Source: an uncultured virus (IMG/VR IMGVR_UViG_3300010429_002600)
Lineage: Duplodnaviria > Heunggongvirae > Uroviricota > Caudoviricetes
Reading direction: 5' to 3' (one strand)
Length of the DNA stretch: 20,000 nt
IMG/VR virus record: IMGVR_UViG_3300010429_002600
Below the pieces are notes generated by a model. The model made no database searches. It had not been told where the DNA came from and worked only from the letters and a program-made list of their open reading frames with translations. Made by a program: the position numbers and the translations under genes. Below, piece after piece: positions 15,301 through 20,000 of the stretch (the first letter of the stretch is position 1; each line of letters opens with the position of its first letter).

Positions 15301-16956
15301 AAGGCATATCATGATCTTGGAAATGAAATAAATAGGGTTTTAAGAGAAATGGGAGAGGCCGCCGATACTGGTTTTTATAAAATTCAAAAATTGCTTGATT
15401 TTCCTGGAATGTCTGAAGACCAAAAGGAATTAACTATATTAAAGTTTAATCAGGCAGAGGAAGAAAAGGGGATTGAAGATTTATTAAATTATTATGAAGA
15501 AAAATTCCCGGAACGAATACAAGAAGTACAAGTGCTCGCCGATAATTTAAGGCTTGATCATGCACGGGAAACAGCAGACCTCCTTAAAAAACAAGAAGAA
15601 GAAATGACCGCTTTCTTTGGAACAGAGGAAGAGAAAAAAATAGCAGAGGCAAAAAGTAAGGCAGATGAGTTCCTTAAGGTTCATGGTGATACAGCAGAGA
15701 ATAGATATAAAGTTGAAAAGTGGTTAAAGGAAGAAACCATAAAAATACATGATGAAGAATTAGAAAGTACCAAAAAAACAGCAGAGCAAAAAGTAGAGGC
15801 GGAAAAGAAGGCGGCAGAGGCAATACAGAAGATACGGGAAGAACTTCTTAAAGATGCCCAGGAAAAGGCAGAGGCAGAATTAGGAATACAAAAACAGAAA
15901 AAGATACAAGAATTAACACAGGCGGCATTGCTCTCGATGCAGGGGGCATCTGCTTCGCAAATAGAGGCCATTCAAAAAAGATATGAAATTGAAATGAAAA
16001 TATTAGAAGGACAATATGGTATTAGAGAGGCACAGCAGGATCAGCAAATAGCACAGCAAAATATCATGCAAAATGCTAAAAAAATTCTTCAATTAGAACA
16101 AGAAATTAAAAAAACCAAAGAGGAAATATCCAGAGAAAAAGATCCTGTAAAGAAAAAAGAATTAGAGGTTACTCTTCAAGAGCAAATAGCAGAAAAGAGT
16201 AATCTTATTACTGAAAATGCTAAAGAAGAACTTGCCTTTCAAACAGCGAAAACAACAGAATTAACCTCTCAGTATAAAACCACAGCAGACATTATTGGAA
16301 TGTCTCCGGAAGAAAAAGGATATGCACAGCAGTATTACCAGGGAGAATCTCCGTCTGGTCCGTCTATGGTATCCAGTGGTATAAATGCTTTTGTTCAGGG
16401 ATTGGTTGGAGGTGCAAATAAATATTCTACTCCTGGAATAACAACAGGTGTTTCTGATATGTTCACTGGAGTAAATAAAGCGATGCCTTTAATTGGGAAG
16501 CCTCCCGGAATAACAGGCCAATCTTTTCGCCCCGGGACAACTCCGACAGGCGGCCCTATACTCCCGAAAGAAACACTTCTTCCTATGGCGTGGGATCTCT
16601 GGAATTTGCTTCGAATAGAAGTTGACAATTTAATGACAAAGCAAAAAACAGTTGGATTATCAGAAGAAGAAACTGCCATGTTAGCACAAAAGTCTCAAAT
16701 GTTACGAGATGCTAAATTAACAACAGAGGGCAATCAGTTCATAACAGACTTTCAGAAGCAGGGACCTTCTTTTGTTCCTCCTGCGGCAGGACAGTCTTTT
16801 AAACCCGGTGGGATTAAGTCTGATGCTTCAATGATAATGTATGTAAACCTAAATGGCAAAGATCAATCGACAGGTGTTCCAGTGGAAACCAAAAATGCGG
16901 GAGATGCCTTTGCAAGAGAAATATTTAAATTTGCCAGAATACGGGGGTTGAAATAA
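12310..16956 (+). CDS. Tail tape measure protein (TP901-like core), 1548 aa
   Basis: Longest ORF, helical. Core motifs SLEEYTNAMYELVSA, ELNTALKYSGNVARLAGVD and SSTAGTGFRAFL; central hydrophobic repeats and a long coiled coil. Confidence 0.95.
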   Translation: MASPFIKGTVEVELITSKVREELAELNSLVTKTLKEIGATPLKIDITLPTGLSGELSTLAPSLSAVSKELTLFNKAMSGLSAVNAAKLKNIASTLSQIDSIKLPQITGGADFGTFAKSVGMLGKIDSGKIANELTGIANAIGQIKFNITPQQVALLERFANALQLLKNVSPNARLYSNLQKINQQLAKQVSQQEKINQQQKQSQDILGRIGGGIVGMVKDFGQMIVQQATYAAVWTVIFGTIQGIKNTIREGVDLFKELDKGVGRVLATGLSAEQAQNAFTEMLGPDAIKGGKEYTDSLRQIVQLQALAFSTKYSASLEEYTNAMYELVSANIEMGNALDFTDTSMKLALATQADIQETTRSMAGLYNIFGDTIKDVSTEQEKFQQISNVVLYTWSKEQMELTELNTALKYSGNVARLAGVDYKLLVTMIGHLNTYLIRSSTAGTGFRAFLAESGKDIKGVADLAMQLGPDLDEVKTKFNLAFNPNAPADVLGVLKVLRERVIDYAKDTGESGEKIKLTLGQIGKFMEAYGLRAGNVVAQLVLTLPELEKKYKNVLDLQDDYIDSFVRLNQLNVSDQFNILTRNLKLVPAAFLLGMEHGKDFAIALESINAGFEAIIQTIYKWGMSFSKYWGDAADLIAENQPIIDEVISEFFEWGKILGETVVNIIGLVSVLSPVLSLLNDFLKIIISLSNALVAFGLIVANVFTSFGEIIIAAVRLIADSIGSVIEYLQQAGQLMRMQKENFDNFLLGKKQHYSYSTLKGFFEDMNDQWDKSSIFAEASFEDALNNIAKKGRFTFKLLGENFWDSLGSLAGASGADQFSITLESLKDKFFGLSTIPKDILDAIIKTSRGSEAEMERVNNFMRAFGQEFVEFDINSKKFEEDLDGIIRTIQDEAMMAASTDLASGISVLVDGMQKAYKGVRVAYAGESPFIKEMANAEKFRGALTNLTEEYNATLYKLYKKAADMPDWLPGAGENTKKGLGWLGLELTPEAVAEGKKAYHDLGNEINRVLREMGEAADTGFYKIQKLLDFPGMSEDQKELTILKFNQAEEEKGIEDLLNYYEEKFPERIQEVQVLADNLRLDHARETADLLKKQEEEMTAFFGTEEEKKIAEAKSKADEFLKVHGDTAENRYKVEKWLKEETIKIHDEELESTKKTAEQKVEAEKKAAEAIQKIREELLKDAQEKAEAELGIQKQKKIQELTQAALLSMQGASASQIEAIQKRYEIEMKILEGQYGIREAQQDQQIAQQNIMQNAKKILQLEQEIKKTKEEISREKDPVKKKELEVTLQEQIAEKSNLITENAKEELAFQTAKTTELTSQYKTTADIIGMSPEEKGYAQQYYQGESPSGPSMVSSGINAFVQGLVGGANKYSTPGITTGVSDMFTGVNKAMPLIGKPPGITGQSFRPGTTPTGGPILPKETLLPMAWDLWNLLRIEVDNLMTKQKTVGLSEEETAMLAQKSQMLRDAKLTTEGNQFITDFQKQGPSFVPPAAGQSFKPGGIKSDASMIMYVNLNGKDQSTGVPVETKNAGDAFAREIFKFARIRGLK

Positions 16957-17390
16957 TGCAGGCTCCTTATTGTAGCTTAACTAAAAAAACAGGGACATAT
17001 ACATTTACTTCTCAGTCAAATAGTACTACCTTTATTTTCAGAACAAGCGATGGAATGGGTGACTACATAGCGGCTAATCCTGTTGATTACAGGGTTTCTG
17101 TTCCTCCTATTCGTGGAAGTAGAAGGCCCTGTCTGGGCGGAGGTCATATTATCCAGAATTTTGTTCAGAGTAATCTGGATAGAGATATAACCTTTTCTCA
17201 ATATGTAACAGGGGCAGAAATGGATGATTTAATTGCCGCAAAAGCACAGATGTGTCAGTGGACATGGGCGGACTATCTCGGAGACTCCTATACTGTAACT
17301 TTTGACCATACGGAAGGGATAATTCTGGATAATAAACTAAAGGCAAATGATAAGTATTTATTAAGATTTAAATTCTGGGTGGATGCTTAA
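16956..17390 (+). CDS. Probable distal tail (Dit-like) protein
   Basis: TAATG overlap with the tape measure gene; 144 aa; GGHIIQNF...DRDITF and DYLGDSYTVTF. Mostly a positional call. Confidence 0.55.
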   Translation: MQAPYCSLTKKTGTYTFTSQSNSTTFIFRTSDGMGDYIAANPVDYRVSVPPIRGSRRPCLGGGHIIQNFVQSNLDRDITFSQYVTGAEMDDLIAAKAQMCQWTWADYLGDSYTVTFDHTEGIILDNKLKANDKYLLRFKFWVDA

Positions 17391-17993
17391 ATGTTTAATC
17401 TTATAGTATTAAATGATAGTTTAGTGGAAATATCAGAATATGATATGGGCAGTAGCAGGTTATATCCTGACTCTGAAGAGATAATGCTTTATATTAAAAA
17501 TCAGGACACTGAGGATATAAATAATGTGGAAATTTCTGTTGCACCTGCTGTAAGTTATCAGAATTTTTCTACTCCTGCACTTTTTACAGATGTTCGAATA
17601 GGGGATGTGCGGAACCCTATTTATCTTCGATATATGGAACTGCTTGCCATAGGGGATAATAAGGTGGTGGATCTTGCAAACTTCCCTTCAAAAGAATTAA
17701 CACCTGTCATTGATCCTGATGGATGGTGCAGAAATATAATTAATAATATTGAAATAAAATTTAATACTCTTGCCCTTAATGGGAATGGTAGAATATATAT
17801 ATCCGAGGCGGTATATATGTCAGGAGTAAGTAAAGATGTTTCAGGAACCCCTGAAGCATATCAAAATAAAATAAAATATGATAGAATTTTAGCAGGTGAA
17901 AGTCATGCTTTCTGGGTAAAAAATTTTCTACAGGCCAATATGGATGCAGAAAAAAACCCGTTTAAGTTTAACCTGTTAATTCGAGGAGGGTAA
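17391..17993 (+). CDS. Putative tail-tip/baseplate protein (beta-sandwich)
   Basis: Abuts the previous stop; 200 aa; LYIKNQD...NVEISV and SHAFWVK. Confidence 0.6.
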   Translation: MFNLIVLNDSLVEISEYDMGSSRLYPDSEEIMLYIKNQDTEDINNVEISVAPAVSYQNFSTPALFTDVRIGDVRNPIYLRYMELLAIGDNKVVDLANFPSKELTPVIDPDGWCRNIINNIEIKFNTLALNGNGRIYISEAVYMSGVSKDVSGTPEAYQNKIKYDRILAGESHAFWVKNFLQANMDAEKNPFKFNLLIRGG

Positions 17994-17994
17994 T

Positions 17995-18627
17995 ATGTCT
18001 TTAGAATTATACAATAAAGAGAACCTTGAGGAGGGGAGCAGAAGAATCCCACAGGACAGAATATCAGGAAATGGCGTTGATAAAGACTTCGCCCTTTATT
18101 ATCTTACCCCTGAAATAGTGGCAAGGGTATATTTAGATGAGACTCTTTTAACCGAGAATATAGACTTTTATCTGTATTCTATTTTGGGGACAGGGTTTAT
18201 ATCTTTCTATGACATACCTGCTTTAGGGACAAATAATATTATCTGCCAGGCGGGAACCTGTCTATTCTTTCCGGGTGGAACAACAGAAGCAGGACAATTA
18301 AATGGCTATAGTGGTGAGAGTGTTGACATTGAATATTATCTTTCCAATACTGATGCTTCAAAGGGGTATTTAGATGTTACAATAACACCCTCTGATTTTA
18401 TTGGAGAAAATCAGGCAAATTGGGTTAAATTAGCGACTACTCAGGGCGGTCTGGATAGTGCCGTGGCTGGAGATCCCTTGAATATTGGAACAATTAATGA
18501 TGTTAATACGGCCCATGCATTTTGGGTACGGTTAACAGTTCCCCCCGGATCTCTTCCCGCAAATGCAGGGAATATGAATAAATATGACATAACTTTTATC
18601 TTAAGCGGTGCAGAATATATCATTTAG
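17995..18627 (+). CDS. Putative tail-tip/baseplate protein related to the previous ORF
   Basis: GAGGAGG upstream; 210 aa; YYLSNTD...DVTITP and AHAFWVR; N-terminal GNGVDKDFAL...VYLDE...DFY...ISF..IP module. Confidence 0.6.
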   Translation: MSLELYNKENLEEGSRRIPQDRISGNGVDKDFALYYLTPEIVARVYLDETLLTENIDFYLYSILGTGFISFYDIPALGTNNIICQAGTCLFFPGGTTEAGQLNGYSGESVDIEYYLSNTDASKGYLDVTITPSDFIGENQANWVKLATTQGGLDSAVAGDPLNIGTINDVNTAHAFWVRLTVPPGSLPANAGNMNKYDITFILSGAEYII

Positions 18628-18642
18628 GATGTGTAAATAAAA

Positions 18643-20000
18643 ATGGCAAGCAGGTACTTAGTAGCCACTGGAGATTATGATTCTACTTCCGTATGGGCTG
18701 CAACATCAGGGGGTGCTCCCGGGGCAAGTGTTCCCGGAAGTGCCGATGATGTTTATTTAAATGCAGATTCCGGGGCATCAGTATTAACCATAAATGTTGC
18801 TTCTGAGGCTAAAACATTTATTCACACAGGATTTACAGGGACATTGGCCGGGTCTGCTGGAATAACTGTTTCCGGTAATGTTACTTTTGCCAGTGGAGCA
18901 ACCTATACCTATACCGGAGTAATAACAGTCAATGCCTCTGCTACGGTAAATATGGCAAGTATGGTACTTTTGTGTGCCTTACGGACAATCGGAAGTGGCA
19001 TTACCGTAACACTGAGTAATTCAGGAACATTTACATATATTAATCCAAACAGTTCTTCAGGAGCATTAACCGTAAGAATTACTTCTGGAAATACTTTGAC
19101 ATTAACAGATTCAAATCCTATTCGGGCCATTGGAACATCCGGAAATTTAATTACTCTTCGCTCTGTTACAGCATATTCAAAAGGAACTATAAATTGCACA
19201 AATGTTTCTGGAAAATCACTGTGTGATTATTTAGTGGTAACAGATATAAAGATAACTGGATCTGCAAAGATATATCCTGGAGAAAATACAGATTTAAATA
19301 ATAGTTTTGGGTTTATATTAACCTGTATTCATTCTACGGCAATGACGGCAAATGATACCCCCTCCCCGGTTGTGGTTTCTGCCAGTAGTGAAAACTCAGT
19401 TGATAAAAAAGCGTTCAAGGCTGCTGACAAAGATAATAACGATACTAACTGTTGGGTTTCTGCTGCTGGTGATGGTAAGGGTTGGTGGAAAATTGATCTG
19501 GGATCACCCTACTGGATCAGTGATTATTACTGGACCGGGAGAAATACTACCGGATTAGATACAAACATAGTAGAGTGGACAATAAACACTTCTTTAAATG
19601 ATAGCGACTATTCTGTTTCTGATACTCGGGATGTGGCAAATTGGTCCCGGGCAGAAACCCGAAAATATACATTAGCCTCTCCGGTATATTGTAGATATAT
19701 AAAAGTGCAATGTGTTCAGACACAGACTACAGATTATATAGCCTGTGCCATTGGAGAAATTGAGTTTGTCGGATATACCTTGTCTGAGAAGGAATATAAC
19801 TCCAGTATTGGAGTTAATGGAGGAATATATAATCTTCTTGAAAAAGAGTATAACGGAATTATTACTTTTAATGATTCTACTTATATCATGATAGAGAAAG
19901 AATATAATTCCATTCTTCGCCTTCAATCGGCTGCTCTTTTTGAAAAACATTATAACTCTATTATTGGCCTTAAGTCCGCCCGATTATTTGAAAAAGAATA
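18643..20000 (+). CDS. Tail fibre/adhesin-like protein, 3'-truncated (>452 aa): beta-helix-like N-terminus, F5/8 type C (discoidin/CBM32-like) domain, EKEYN repeats
   Basis: Absent from the ORF track because it has no stop in the window. Manual translation from ATG 18643: MASRYLVATGDYDSTSVWAATSGGAPGASVPGSADDVYLNADSG...; 19342-19773 reads MTANDTPSPVVVSASSE..AFKAAD...CWVS...GWWKIDLGSP...CRYIKVQC...IGEIEFVG. Confidence 0.88.
   Translation, partial: MASRYLVATGDYDSTSVWAATSGGAPGASVPGSADDVYLNADSGASVLTINVASEAKTFIHTGFTGTLAGSAGITVSGNVTFASGATYTYTGVITVNASATVNMASMVLLCALRTIGSGITVTLSNSGTFTYINPNSSSGALTVRITSGNTLTLTDSNPIRAIGTSGNLITLRSVTAYSKGTINCTNVSGKSLCDYLVVTDIKITGSAKIYPGENTDLNNSFGFILTCIHSTAMTANDTPSPVVVSASSENSVDKKAFKAADKDNNDTNCWVSAAGDGKGWWKIDLGSPYWISDYYWTGRNTTGLDTNIVEWTINTSLNDSDYSVSDTRDVANWSRAETRKYTLASPVYCRYIKVQCVQTQTTDYIACAIGEIEFVGYTLSEKEYNSSIGVNGGIYNLLEKEYNGIITFNDSTYIMIEKEYNSILRLQSAALFEKHYNSIIGLKSARLFEKE
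19786..20000 (+). repeat. Protein-level tandem repeat EK(E/H)YN(S/G)xx
   Basis: Copies start at 19786, 19840, 19894, 19942 and 19990 (periods 54, 54, 48, 48 nt); the fifth copy is cut by the window end. Confidence 0.85.

Larger units (their letters stand above)
1..20000 (+). mobile_element. Tailed phage/prophage (siphovirus-like) head, neck and tail morphogenesis module; extends beyond both window edges
   Basis: Canonical order portal-protease-scaffold-capsid-neck-tail tube-chaperones-tape measure-tail tip, all on +, with short gaps or overlaps and strong AGGAGG/GAGGTG Shine-Dalgarno sites. No integrase, att site or terminase in the window, so free phage versus prophage cannot be decided. 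Confidence 0.96.

Noticed and set aside
492..19950. Minus-strand ORFs and short alternative-frame plus-strand ORFs in the track (e.g. 2424-2924, 3497-3922, 15681-15971, 19352-19558)
   Set aside because: They shadow well-supported + strand genes and show no recognisable motifs.
18643..20000. Diversity-generating retroelement target, or CRISPR-like array in the EKEYN region
   Set aside because: The repeats are in-frame, degenerate at synonymous positions and coding; no reverse transcriptase, TR/VR pair or cas gene is seen in the window.
1..20000. Stop-codon reassignment
   Set aside because: Genes are full length and tightly packed under the standard code; TAA, TGA and TAG all end genes next to downstream starts.
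1..20000. Apparent abundance of CCGG and scarcity of CGCG as a restriction/modification signature
   Set aside because: Impression only; needs a Markov-corrected tetranucleotide count that I could not run.

Overview
The whole window is one co-oriented (+ strand), tightly packed virion-morphogenesis region of a bacterial tailed phage or prophage with a long non-contractile tail (siphovirus-like; no sheath gene seen). The order is: partial GT2 glycosyltransferase, Cys-rich unknown, HK97-type portal, XkdF/S78-like prohead protease, scaffold-like protein, major capsid protein, [GT9 glycosyltransferase, GT2 glycosyltransferase, radical SAM/twitch enzyme], head-tail connector, small unknown, head closure, HK97 gp10-like protein, tail terminator, tail tube, tail chaperones G/GT (-1 frameshift), 1548-aa tape measure, Dit-like protein, two related tail-tip proteins, and a partial adhesin with an F5/8C domain that the ORF track misses. 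Two features stand out. (1) A sugar-transfer/sugar-tailoring cassette overlaps the capsid-to-neck genes, and its GT9 has an extra N-terminal domain; this is a candidate virion-glycosylation system. (2) The prohead protease appears split over two overlapping genes at the point where XkdF-type proteases are circularly permuted. All family calls come from motif recognition by eye; no database search was run.
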